The position numbers and the translations under genes are program-made. Below, piece after piece: positions 46,292 to 59,700 of a stretch of 64,000 nucleotides of DNA. The first letter of the stretch is position 1; each line of letters opens with the position of its first letter. Origin of the DNA: a virus; the IMG/VR virus record IMGVR_UViG_3300044971_004534; one strand, given 5' to 3'. Below the pieces are notes generated by a model. That model had not been told where the DNA came from, did no database searches, and worked only from the letters and a program-made list of their open reading frames with translations.

Positions 46292-47781
46292 TGGCTTACA
46301 TGGCAGCTTTGTCAAATGAATATGAACTTGAATGTTCTGGATTTTCTGGATCTGGAGGAGACAAGTCTTTCATATATAGAGAAAATGTTTATTTTTTGGG
46401 CAAGATACAAGCTTCAAACGTTTCTGCAGGCTATCTGGGCTTCCCGGGTTATTTTAAGATTGATGAAGCTCCATTTGCGATTGTATCTCAATTTGATGCA
46501 AGTACAAATTCTTTAAAATTAGTATGCAATGGTTACAGTTCTCCAGTTTTTAGAAATAGAGGCATTTGCAGGGATGACATTGTTGTTGGGGCCAAAAGCG
46601 GTGCAGTTAGATATGCTGGAAGAAATTTCAAAGTGTACACTGCAGACGGGGCTTCAATAGAAAAAACGGGCATTAAAGAAATTGGCTATAATCCTTTGCA
46701 CCACGATTTATTTGATTTTTCTTCTGATCCAGAAGTCATGTCTTTTGACAGATCTTTTCCTTTAAATAGAAATTTTTATAAAAACACTGTTTTTAATAAT
46801 TTAGATCAAAAGTTTGCTTGCATCGCCTTATTTGATAGAATTCCGCTACCTGTGCCATATACGGCAAATAAACATGGGTTTAGGCAGGCAGTAGCAGTTA
46901 CTCCTAGACATGTTTGTTTTTCAGATCACGTTTGGCCTTATATGGGTCACGACATTTCTTTTTACGATGTGGTACAAAAAACTATAGTTAATAGGACAAT
47001 AGTTAAAAAATTTAATTTTAATCTTCCAAATTATATATTAAAAAATGAAGATAACAATAATCTATCTTTTGGTCAAAGCGATCAAGGTATAGGCATATTA
47101 AACGAACCTTTGCCTCCAGGGGTTCCACTTGCGTATGTACCAGACGTAGCTTATAAGTCATATCCAGAAGCTACAAGAGTTAGAAAGATGCCAGCACTCG
47201 CTATTGATCTTTCAGCAAGAGGTTTATGCTGTAACGCTATAGTGGGTTTTTTAGGTAATGAAAATATTACTTCTAATATCACTATTATTAAAGCTGATCA
47301 ATTTACTGATGCTCTTGCATATCAAAACGCATGCTTAGATCACTGTAATGTTGGAGATTCTAGCACTATGTTTTTTACCTGTATTGATAACAGGTTAATT
47401 TACATGGGGTCTTTGGCTTCTGTTTCAAACAGTGTACATGGATTGTCTGGAACATTTTTGAACCAAGAATATGGATATGGAAAAATAGACTTGTCTTTCT
47501 TTCATTATCCTAATAGATCTGGAGTTATATCTTCTGAGGTAAAGGATAGATATTTACAAAATCAAAGCTATGGTACATCATTGAATTTTTGGTCTCGTGT
47601 TGGAAACAGGGCTTTAAGCTATATTTTTACTGATTTTGATGTATGGGAAACGAGCATAGACCCCTCTCATGTTCCATCAAGGATAAAAATAACTAATGAT
47701 ATAAATATTACAGAGTCTAATTCATATTTTGATTTGTCTAACGATAACTTATTAGACAGAAAAATAAAATTTATATCATGA
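46291..47781 (+). CDS. 496-aa hypothetical protein with possible chymotrypsin-fold (S1-like) His/Asp/Ser motifs
   Basis: A strong SD (AGGAG, 46280-46284) lies 6 nt before the ATG, and the ATGA overlap joins it to the next gene. The motifs are AVTPRHVCF (H207), SDQGIGILNEPL (D264) and NVGDSSTMFF (S357). Their order and spacing are 57 and 93 residues. Confidence 0.8.
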   Translation: MAYMAALSNEYELECSGFSGSGGDKSFIYRENVYFLGKIQASNVSAGYLGFPGYFKIDEAPFAIVSQFDASTNSLKLVCNGYSSPVFRNRGICRDDIVVGAKSGAVRYAGRNFKVYTADGASIEKTGIKEIGYNPLHHDLFDFSSDPEVMSFDRSFPLNRNFYKNTVFNNLDQKFACIALFDRIPLPVPYTANKHGFRQAVAVTPRHVCFSDHVWPYMGHDISFYDVVQKTIVNRTIVKKFNFNLPNYILKNEDNNNLSFGQSDQGIGILNEPLPPGVPLAYVPDVAYKSYPEATRVRKMPALAIDLSARGLCCNAIVGFLGNENITSNITIIKADQFTDALAYQNACLDHCNVGDSSTMFFTCIDNRLIYMGSLASVSNSVHGLSGTFLNQEYGYGKIDLSFFHYPNRSGVISSEVKDRYLQNQSYGTSLNFWSRVGNRALSYIFTDFDVWETSIDPSHVPSRIKITNDINITESNSYFDLSNDNLLDRKIKFIS

Positions 47782-50700
47782 TTAACTTTACTAAATGCTC
47801 ATTAACTGGTTCTAGTTTTAAGCTTTTGTATGACGAAAACTCGTCTACTTTAGACAGTCAGCTATCGTATTTGGCGGTAAATTTTACAAATTCTGATTCC
47901 TTTTGGGTGCCATACAGGACCAGCTATAATGCCTTGAATGATGTATCTATGAAGCTTGGCAGGGTATCTATGGCCTCTTCGTTGGCTGATAGTGCTGAAA
48001 GTTCTTATGGACAGCTTGATTTTTCTGTTAATATTAAGGATGAGGGGGACTATGTAGCAGCTTTTAAGGTATCAAAAGAAGACGGTATTACTTTATGTTC
48101 TTCTGTATCTTTGATGCATTCAATGTTGCCTGGAAAAAATGTAACTTCATATGTCATATTAAATGACAGATACGGAATACCCAATGAATTTGCATTTGAT
48201 AGAAAAACAGAAGTTTTTGAATTTCAGCATAATATGTCTCAAATTGCACAGGATGCTGTATGGATTACTATAGAATTTCCTGCACTAGTGTCTGGAGAAT
48301 ATTCTTTTAGTATCAGATTAAGTGGTTCTGAGTCATTTGATTTTATTAATATTGATAGTGCAAACTTTATAGTAGAAGGTTTTACTATATTTAAGAAAAC
48401 CAATTTTACATCCGATGGGCTCGTTCTTAGAAATCAGGTTACAAGCAATTCTTCTGTTTTTAGCTCATACAGAATATCTAGCATAGAAGATTCTCATCCA
48501 CTATCTAAGGTGTCTTTTTTAAATACTCTGCAACAAGGTGAGGCTAGGATATCTGGCTTGATAGGAATGCAGAGCGGAAATACTTTTTATTCTTTAGAAA
48601 AAAGTGTATTTTTTAAGTTGTCAGATTTTTCAGAAAATGAAAGATCTGTAACTGCCATTATTCCTTATAGTATATCAGTAAATGAAAATGATCTAGATAA
48701 AATCTGCATTATTTTTAGTGAACACTATGACAAAAGTCTTTGGCATTTTTCGTATTCTGCTGATAGCTCCGGCGTGGCGGGTAAAACGTTTAAGCTTGTT
48801 GGCGAAGAATTGGAATTGCAAGAAAAAACTATTTCGCTGAACTTGTTTGAATCGGATCAAAAATATAGACCTATTACTTCTGGTCAAGATTCAGATGATA
48901 GTAAAAACGTGGTAGTTATTGAGCCACCTGTAGGAGTCCCACTTAATATTAATAGCGTTACAGATTCTTCTATATCAGAATCTGTAAAGGATAATTTTGC
49001 ACTACTTTCGGACGATAATGGAAATTATTATGCTTTAAATCTTCCAGATAGGCATCAAGCTTTTGTGCTCGACCATAGTGGAAGTATGTCTTGGTCTGAT
49101 GCTGGTGGTGAGCGTTTTAAATTGATTAATGAAATAGTAGACAGGTTTGAGCAAATTTATCCTGGCAAGGTAAGCTATTCACTTACTACATTCAAGGGCA
49201 CTCCTGTTATAGTAGAATGGTTTGGTGCTATTGAAAATAACGTGAGTGACAGCAATGATCCTGATTCAGTAAGAACTGGATTTCTTCAGGGTAAGTATAC
49301 TAATTTTAGAGGTTGTCATATAGTCAGGAAAAAGAGTATAGCGCCATCTAGTCCTACGGATGGAGATATAGTTTTTAATGGTTTTGACAAAGTGCTTTAT
49401 GACACTGATTTAGAAGAAGATGCTGATTATTATTATGCAATTTATCCAATTGATAGTAACAATCGCTTAGGTTCACCATCTATCATAAGAGCTAAAACTA
49501 GAGCAAATGAAATCGTTAAGGGAATAAAGAGCTTATCTGGTGATGAATTTATTGGTACTGGTATAAGAAAAGATGATAGGTCTGTTTTTATATATCACAT
49601 GAATGAAGGTTATGGCAGTAGAATTTATGATTTTTCTGGCAATAAAATGAACCTTGTCATTCCTGATGCAGCCAAAAATTCTGTTATTTGGCTTGACGAG
49701 TCTGAATCTCCTGCGATAGATATAGATTCAGATATAGGCAAAGGCTCTGGATTAAGACTAACAGGACGTAACTCATATTGCCAGTGGTCTGGCCTGTGTG
49801 ACAAGGATTTTGCTGGTCTTAATCTTTCTTTGTGGATTTATTTGTTTCAAAATATAACTCCCAGAGAAAAAAATATTATATCTATATATAATGCTTTTGG
49901 TCAAATAGATTTTAAAATTGGTAGTGAAAGTATTTTTATAAGACTTAATGGCACAACTGTGGGCGTTTTGTCGCATGTATTTTTAACAGAGTCTTGGAAT
50001 CATATTTCTATAAATGTAGATGCTGAATGGAACACTTGTTCTCTTTATGTTAATGGTGTGCTGTATGATAGTTTCTCTTTTGGATATTATTCTTCTGCAA
50101 TAAGTAATTTTTTCAATGAAAGTATTGTCAAAGTTGTATTGGGTGAAGAATTTGAGAACGGATTCAAAGGCAAAGTGTCTGAGATAAGTCTTAGAAATGA
50201 GGCAATTTCGCTAGAGGAAATAGAGCAAGAAAGCTTATTTATACCAAAAGACAACGGAGATAGGCTATTGCGTCTTTCTTGGTTTACTAATTTAGATAAT
50301 ACGGATCATAAAATAGTTATCAATTACAAGCAAGAATCAGGTCCACTCAGGCTGCTTGATGAAGACATTGCTGGACCAGCAAATTATGGTAGGTATCAGG
50401 GTGATTCTACGATTGGCAATCCTCCCAATAGTCCACCAGGTCAAATTGCTCAGTCTGACTTAAAAGCTCGTATCTGCTATGGAGATGACATAGGTCCTGT
50501 GTCTGCGGAAGATGGAATTACTGTATTTGATTCTTCAATTGATGGTAACTTAAATGAATGTACAGTTATTCAAAATTTTAGTTCTTCAATTGAGAAAAAA
50601 TATCGATTCTCTGTAGATGCTCCTGGCTTTAGAAACTTTTTCAGAATATTTAGAATCAATGCTAATGGCGAGCAAAGCTATCCAGACGATAGCGGCTTAC

Positions 50701-53700
50701 TTGAGTATACTCCCAAAGATTATGAAAATGCCTTATTGCCATCTAGTGAAGTCTCACAAGTTGAAAATGTTTCAGTTGTTTTAGGAAATAGAAAGATAAG
50801 ACTTAAATGGGATGTTCCAGTAGATAGCAATATTGAATCTGTGATAATATATTATGCAGACGAACCATTTGAATCTGATTTTATTGAACGTAGTGATAAC
50901 TTTCCTCAAAAATACCCAGTTTTTGCAGGTATAAAAAGTCAAAATAGTTTTACACATTTTTACGGGAGAGTTAGAGACTCTCAAAGAAAAAGCGCAGCTC
51001 CCGGTTCTTTTCAAAATACACTGACTGCTGCTATAGTCGAATCAGAAGACGATCTTGATAATGGAAAAATTGCATATTATGCTATAGTATCTCGAGATAG
51101 ATATGGAAGAATGTCTGATCCCATTTTTGTAAATGGGACTCCAAGTGCTGCAAGCAATGATGCAGGCATACCTCCAGAGGGTATTATAGCAGCAAGAGCT
51201 TATGGAGTAGATTACAATACTGTTTCTTTGCGTTGGATAAACCCAGTATCTGCTTCTAGATTTTTTGACATAGAAGGCTGGCTAGACGATAACGTTGTTT
51301 TGTATTTTAGAGTTACAGATATTTATGGAAGAAGAATTGACGAGCAGGGTAATTTTGAAATTAAATTTAGATTTAATGATTTTCTTAACGGAATAGTGTT
51401 TACCAACATAGGTGGCGGAGACGACACTAAGGTTGCATCAATTATTGGTAATTTTGATACAGAAACTAGATTGCCAGTTGTAGAAAATATTAGTTTTTCA
51501 GAATTGATTTCTTATAACTTAAGTAATCTAAGTAATGGTTGGACTCGAATAACTGTAAACACAAATAATGCTTCTTTGTCTGATAGGAACTGGGCGGATG
51601 CAGTATATACAGAAGTTTCTATGGTATTTGTTCGCAATAATAATGTTGGCGAAGATCCTATATTTTCTTTTTCAACTCAGCCAATTAGGATATATTTAAG
51701 ACATCCATTGAAGCTTGATCTTGTCACTAATGATGCGGTATTTTATAATCCTCAATCTTACAGTATTTTTGTGCCAACTTATGCTGCTGGTTCTCCTATA
51801 TGCGACATTGTTTATAATGGCGGCAATACAGATATTGGTGGAGAATTTCTCGTATATGGAGCATATAACGGAAGGGCTTTGCCTTATACTTTTACGGTAA
51901 ATGCTTCATATAAAAATTCTCCTTTGCCTGCTGGTTCTACTGCTACTATAGATATTTTTGAAGATTCTGAGCCGACCACAGGAGTTAGTCAGGACGGTGC
52001 GTATGCAAATTTGCGTGGTGGTTTTTCTGGCATTATTGGCGCAAATCCAGAATTGGGAACTCCGGCTTCTCAGGCTGGACTTAATTCAGAAGAAATAGTA
52101 GTAAGAGATTCATATCCGCTTAGTACTACTATACAGTCAGTCTCAAATCAGATTATTTTTGAAGATTCTCCTTCTGGAAAAGAGTCTTTTGGTATTGGTG
52201 AAATAAGAGTTCCTGGTTCAAGATCTTTTGGTAGGGTATTTGCCAGTGTAAGGGTTGGACTGTTTTACAGATCTGCAGGTTTTTATATTGGCTTTATGCC
52301 GACTTTATATGTCAAAATGAATGCTTCTGCTCCCAATCCAGATGGAGAAGATGTAGCAACTCAGTATGCATATGCTTATGTAATCGATCCAAATAGATTC
52401 AGAGTTTCTATGTTTGACAGCTTTAGCAACAATTTTTCAATAGAAAATTATGCTCAACCAGTTCCAGATGGCACAACAGTTTTATGGAGACTTAATAAAC
52501 TAAGAAACGGCATAGATAGGCCATTTTACTCTACATCTCAAAGAAGTATTTCTGGTAGTGCAGTTGACAAAACAATTGATGGTATTTCTCAAAATGTAGT
52601 TTTTGGTCCAGCATCTAATATTAATTCTAGCATAATCCAGGCAGACAGTGATAGTGTTCTTTTAATACCAGAGGAGTATATCATTACTGCGACTGTTTCT
52701 TATAATGGGGTCACTTCTTCTGCTGCTCAATCTGTATGTATTTATCCGGTCACCGTAAATCCAGATCAAGTTCTTCCTGCTATAAGTCAAACTTCTTTTT
52801 ACTTTGCCGGAAAATCTTTTGGCAAAACTGATCAATATACTCAATCAGTATATGCAGATGGTGAAGATTTTTCAGTATTAGAAATAGTAAAAGATCCTAG
52901 ACTTTTATTGGGTGAAGAAGGAGACGCAAGAATAGATGATATTAAAGCATTCTGTAAATGCTATAATGCAGATGGTGCAAGCAATGGTATAGAAAATGCG
53001 TCACTTACAGTTTTGCCTACTAATCAATTAATTGAGATAAAAGCCAATAAACTACCAGATTGTCAATCATCGGGACTGTCTTCATATATACGTGGACGCA
53101 TAGAGATACTTCATGGATCAACTTTGAATTATTATGTTGGAAGTAGTGGCAAGATTCTGGTATCTTCTAGTGAAATTGGCTCAGACACAGCTTTAGTGGA
53201 GGTGAGAAGCAGCAACAGATCTGATATAGTTGTCAGAGCAAATACTTTTATACCCTTAAAATGGAAGTATCACACTAAACTTGAAGCAGATCCAGGACCT
53301 CTTTCTCCAGTGTTTTGTAATTTTATAAATTCTGGTTTTGGAAATTCTGTGTATCATAATGTTACTATGTCTGCATCTACTTCAGTAATTATAAATGGAA
53401 CAGAAAGATCAGTATTTAGTGACGGTGGTATTGCTTCGGGCAATCCGCCTAAGATGATTAAATTTGTTGAGCCTTTGTATATGCAATTTGCATATATATT
53501 AAAAAATGGTCAAAAGGTAAACGGAGAATTAATTGAGGTTGATGGAGCAAGTATATATGAATTTGTTTTTGCTATAAAATTTGCAGGGCTACCAGTGCCT
53601 GATGGGACTGAAGTTAAGTTTTATAAATGTGGTAGCAATGATCTTATTTTGGAATCCAGTGTAGGCTATACTGTTACAAAGCAAGAAATTGGACCATGGA

Positions 53701-56700
53701 GTTATGGTCCAAACGGGAATTTAGAAACTTCATCAATCAGTATGGTGTATATGAAGATAGCACCTATATCACCAGTTAGTCCAGTTTTTGGATCTTTATT
53801 TGCAGAAATAAATTATGACAAAAGTGGTCAAGTATTTAGGCAAAGAGTTGCTGGTATAGACTTTGTATATACTGGCGGCAACAACTTGGCTGTAACATCT
53901 TCTAACTTACCGGATACTGGTTCTGGTTCTGTTAATACTGGAAATGATCCAGGTAATGGTCAGCTTGGATCTGGCTTGCCGTCTGGTGGAAATAGCTCTG
54001 GCAGTAACAATCAGTCTAATTCTTTTGGATCTGTTGGCGGTGGTACTTCTAATAATCCACCTGGATCAAACCCATCCTCTTCTCTTTTCCCATTCCCAGA
54101 AATATTTGCTGAGATGGAAAATGCAACATCAAGACTTTTGGTAAACACTGCTTTTAGCAATGAATGCTATATATATGATGCCTTGGTAACTGATGTTGAT
54201 TATAGGTGGAGAAAAATAGCTAATATGAATTTAAGAAGAGCTATGCATGTATCTGAATTCGTTGATGAAAAAATATATTCAATAGGCGGACTTGCTGGCT
54301 ATACAAGTGGAGAAGCGAATGCAGAAGCAACAGTTTTGCTAACTGACACGTGTGAGGTTTGGAACTCATCCGAAAATAGGTGGACTACTGCAAGAAAATG
54401 TTTGTCAAAACGATTTGGATGCCTATCTTGTGCTGATAATAGATTTATCTATGTAATTGGTGGATTTGAGACTAGGCTTAAGGGTTCTATATCTCCTAGC
54501 GGTCAGACTGTGCAAACCAGAGTCCCCTATGTGAGTAGGCGTGTTGAGCGATATGATACTATCTCTAATACATGGCTATCTTTATCTCCAATGCCAGTTT
54601 TTGACTCTATGGGTAATCAAGTAGAAATACCTGCAGAAAATACGTTAACTGACAGAATAGGTAATGATGATGTAAATTTTGATCAATATGGTTGTGCGCT
54701 AGGAAAAGCCTACATAAAAGACAATAAAATTATAGTTTTGTGTGGTGCAAGAAAAGTAGATGACAAATTAAATGTTGAGAAATATAATAACGCTATTTTG
54801 GTGTATGATATAAGCAATAATAGCTGGTCTGTTAGCGATAGATTTTCTGCAGAATTGGCTTCAGAATTGTGCAGACTATATCCAGTTGTGTGGGAGCAAG
54901 ATGAAAATATATACATATACGGAGGGTCTTCATCTATTGTAGAAAATGTAAATGCTCAAGTCGGTGATGAAGAGTTTATTATAGAAAAGAATAAGGTTTT
55001 TGGTTTACAAAATTCGTTTGGCATTCCTTTATCCGATTTAGTCAATGATTTAACTATAAATAATATATACAGAGCAGATTATTTGTTTGGTAATTTACCA
55101 AAGTCTAGAGACCAAGTGTCTTTTGCAAATATTGATGGAGAAGGTGTATATTTGTTTGGTGGAAGAGTATTTGCTCAAAATGAAAACTTAGGAACCAATG
55201 CAACTCGTACTGCAGAAAGAATTGTTAATTTAAACGAATTGTATGTTGTAGAAAACATGGTAAAACCTTCATTTGGATTTAGTAATGCAGGTTGCGCCTC
55301 TGATGGTCTGAGATTCATATACATTACTGGAGGAACTACGACTAATCAGTCTCCTGGATTTGTAAGGTTGGAAATTGAGGTATACGGAGAGCAAACAGAA
55401 CAAATTAATTCTGAAAGATTTAGTGCAGTAGAGCCAGCCGATGCAACTGTAAGACTTGATGGATTCTCTGGAGTTGATTTAAAAATAAGTGCATATGATG
55501 ATGAAGGTGAATATGTTGTTGGCGATTTGCAGGTAGAAATATCTGGACTTCTTTCTTATGGCACAGGAGATGACGATCTTGAAGGTGGGGGAGCCTCAAT
55601 AGGAGGCAACCAAAGAGCTCCTACTTTTAATAGGAGAAGAAGACGAAAGGGCACTAGAATTTATCCTATTGTATTGAGTCCTTACAGGGTAACCTTGAAA
55701 AATGGTATTGGTTATTCTAGACTTGAGGGTAGAAGTGAAGATGTGCTAAAAAGCATTACTGAAATACAGGAAATATTAAATGCTGACTTATCAGCGGATC
55801 AAGCTGTTTTAGGAACAGCTTCCGAGTTGCAATTAAAACAGGGCAGTGTAAGGTTCCCTTATAGGATAAGTATAGTTGGTCGTGTAACTGATGATTTTTA
55901 TTTTGGCAAAACAGCATACACTTCAACAGAGGATCAAAATACAGAGCAAGAAGTATTCTTGCCAGAAAATGAGATTAATGACGTAATTGCAGATGCTGGT
56001 GACTTTGGTAATGCCATCGTAATGCCTCCAATGCTACCAGCTTATGCAAGTGCTTCTTCTCCGTTACCAATTGCTGACTATGGTCCAGTCCTTACTTGCA
56101 GCGCAGTTGGTGTCATAGGTCCCATTGGTGACGTAGATTTATTTGCATTTATTCCACCAAAATCTGGAGTTTATACTGTTACGATAGAGCAGAGAGGTTT
56201 TTCTCAACTACTTCCCCTTGTGTCGGTATTTAATAGTTCACAAAGTCCATATCCAATTAATGGTACAGCGTCAAATGAAATAAAGTTTGATAGTTTTGGA
56301 TATTCTACGGATGGAAGAACTGCTAACTTAGAGCTTTTGAAAGATGTTGTATACTATTTCCAAGTTTCTACATATGCTGGAGCTGAAAGTCAAGATGTTA
56401 ACAAAGTCGGAGCTTATAGGATAAGATTTACTATTCCTATAGCAATTATACAAAATCAAAACACAAGTGGTTCTAGCAGCAGCTCTAGCAGTAGCTCTAG
56501 TAGCAGCTCTAGTAGCAGCTCTAGTAGTAATCAAGGCGGCAACGGATCTAGTAGTAGTTCTAGCAGTAGTTCTAGCAGTAGTCAAAATTCAGGAGAAGTG
56601 GTTTCTTTTAACATTTTTGAATATTTAACAGATAGTACGGTGTCAGGTCTAAGCGATTCTTGGTCTTCTGTTTTAAGAGATTTTTATAATACTTATTTTA

Positions 56701-59700
56701 GATTTTTACTAGTAAATGGCGGTTATAGCAGTCAATCATTACAGGTTGCCATAGATACAATAAATTCAATAGCATCTTGTCCTTTTAAATGTCCCACTTG
56801 TGTTGAGTCTACTGGAGGAAATACACCTTGTGAGTCAGGATCTTTGGATTGTACGGGTTCTGACAACACTACTTGCGTAACCATATTGGGTTTGGGAAAT
56901 ATAGTATTACCAAGCAATTCAGCCACAAGTTCTAGCTCAAGTTCTAGCTCAAGTTCTAGCTCAAGTTCTAGCAGTTATTCAGATAGTCAATATGACCCTT
57001 ATACTGAAGCTTCAGATGGCACTACTCAGATAGAACCATATCAGTCTGATATACCTCCATTCGAATTACCTCCTGCAGGTGCAAACGAATTGATTATTGA
57101 AGATTTGCCATTTGAAAGATTATCTATTCCTGCACGAGTTATATTTGCCGGTGAAAGCGCAGCTCCATTAACTGAGGGTGATAGTCCAATAGTTCAATAC
57201 TATTCTGATATTGATTGGATTCCAGAAATTAATACTGACCTATTCACTGGAATTGATGCAGCTTCAAATATAAAGTTAAAAGTAAAAAAGATAAAACAAA
57301 GCATACCATTTGGTTCATCTCCTGTTTATGATGGAATCAACGATGCTGCAAGAATTATAAAATCTACTTTTGATTCAGACGAAATAATTAAAAATATATT
57401 ATTACTAAGTGATAATGATGAAAACACTAGTGGCATTTCTCCATTACAAGCTATAGAAAATGTTGACGCTATTGACGGGAAGCGTAAGGTAAAAGTAAAT
57501 TCATTTAACATAAGTACTTTTTATCCAGTTACCATAAGTGCTCAGGCTTCTAGAGCAAATATGTCTGGTGTCGGTGATGTAATCCGTCAAACTGGTGGAG
57601 CTAATTTTGCTTTGTTGTCATCCAGCCTATTTGATGAAGGTGTAGAATTTGCCTTCACTGGATCTGCTGGATCTGCTGGTGCTGGTAGACTTTCTTTAGT
57701 TGTAGATTTTGATCAAGACATTATTGTCAATACTGTTAATCCTGGAGTTGAATTAGGTAAAGCTGATTTTATCTCTTACGCAATATCGTATTCAAGTGAT
57801 GGAGAAAATTATACTAATATTCCTGATGAATTTGACGCTGGGTCGGCATGTCAAGTTGGTGCAAAATGCAGATTTATAAAGATAGACTTTGAGGGCGTAA
57901 TAGACTTCGATAAAATTGAGAACAATTTTGTTGCAGATCCATATGATCCATATAGTGATTTTGTAAAGATTAGTAAATATGATTTGTCTAAAATTAGAAG
58001 TATAGCATTTAATGTTTCTGCGGCAGATGATAACTATATATACTTAGAAAAGATTCCATTAATATCTGCACCTCAGCAAATAGTAATATTTGTTAACTGG
58101 GACGGTCCTTCAGACTCAGAGATATCAGCAGGAGCATCTACTGTTGATAGCGGCGACTGGAAGGATTATAGTAGAGATGCACAAAACGTTGCAATGGGTT
58201 CTGGAAAAGTTATAATACCTATAAGATACAAAGACAAATTTAATGTTGTCAAAGAAGAATTAACACCAATAACTCCATTCATATTTGAGTTACCACATGG
58301 GTCCGTGCATAAAAATGCCGTTATTGAAGTTTTTGATGCATCTGGACTGACTATAAATCCTAATGACTACATGATAGATAGAGATGCTGGCTTAATAAGA
58401 TTCCAATACTCTTTTTATGGCCAAAAGATTTATGTAGCAGTTGAAGAAGAGAAGAGTATTAAAATAGGAGTAAAAGCATCGTTTGGAGTAAAGCCTGGAA
58501 ATATTACTATTCAAAGCATTGGGTACATGCTTACTGTAAATGAGGATCTTGCTCCAGCAGAAACAAATCAGCCTCCACTCGCAGTAAATGTAAGAATTAA
58601 TCCAATTATAGTATACCCTTACACTAACGTAACAGCTTCTTACCGTTATTTAGATCAAGAAGGTGATGTGGAGGACGTTGATAAGAGAGTAATAAAGTGG
58701 TATAAGAACGGTATAGAAATTCCTCAGCTTGAAAATATAATTTCTTTTAATGATCTGCATAACAGCGAAGATGTGACTTATTCTTTCTATTATACATCAA
58801 ACTATGCAGAAATAGAGGCAATGTCTCCTGGTGTTACTGCAGAATTGCTTGCTAGTTTTGCTAATGAAAGAATTTTTGAGCCTGGGGATCAGATATATTT
58901 TACAGTTCAGGTTCACGATGGCAATCAGTTAAGCGGCGCGTTTAGAAGTCCAACTGTTACAGTTTCGGACTATCCGGTTGCTCCATCTGCCATTACTATA
59001 AGATCTAGATATGCAAGTGCAGCTGAAATACAGCTTTCTGATGGTGGTAATCAAGGAGGTGGTGCAGGTGGTGGCGGAGACCCCGCTAATTTTGGAGAGC
59101 TTGCTAATGAGTTTACTAACAGAACAAGATTATTCTTAGATTTTGATCTGTTCTCTCCTGCAGTGTTTAATAAAGCTGTAGTAACTTGGTACGTAATTGA
59201 TAATGCCGGTAATATAATTACTTTTAAATCTGGCAGAATATCTGACACTCAGTCTGGCATGTTCTCAATTGGACCTTCTGACACTAATATATTAAATATT
59301 GAAGCGGTAAAAATTGGTCATCAAATATATGCAGATATGTTTATTCCAAAAAATTCTGCTCCTAGTATTCTTAATGATATTACAATAAGAAGTAATACAG
59401 TCATAATAACTAATATAGTTCCAAGAGCTTCAAATGTTGTTTTGGAAAAACTGGTTGATGCAGGTACGTTTATATCTTATTGGAGATTTGCTTATACTTT
59501 TGAAGACGAAGATGTATATCAAAATGAGCCCAATCAGTCTGACAGGAGCATATTGAGATTGTATAAAAAGCTTCCAGCTGAAGACACCTTTACCTTAGAG
59601 ACAAGAATAACAGATCCCCTTAATTTCTTCATTCCTTCTGATTACTATGATGAGGGTGCTAAAATTTATCTTGAAGTTATACCTTTTGACAATGTTGCAT

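Noticed and set aside
14915-54144. Plus-strand alternative-frame ORFs (14915, 21531, 26601, 30252, 33256, 36300, 46316, 51715, 53944)
   Set aside because: They are 61-98 codons, wholly nested out of frame in the large ORFs, low-complexity or hydrophobic in translation, and lack SD or coupling signals. I see no evidence for overprinting.
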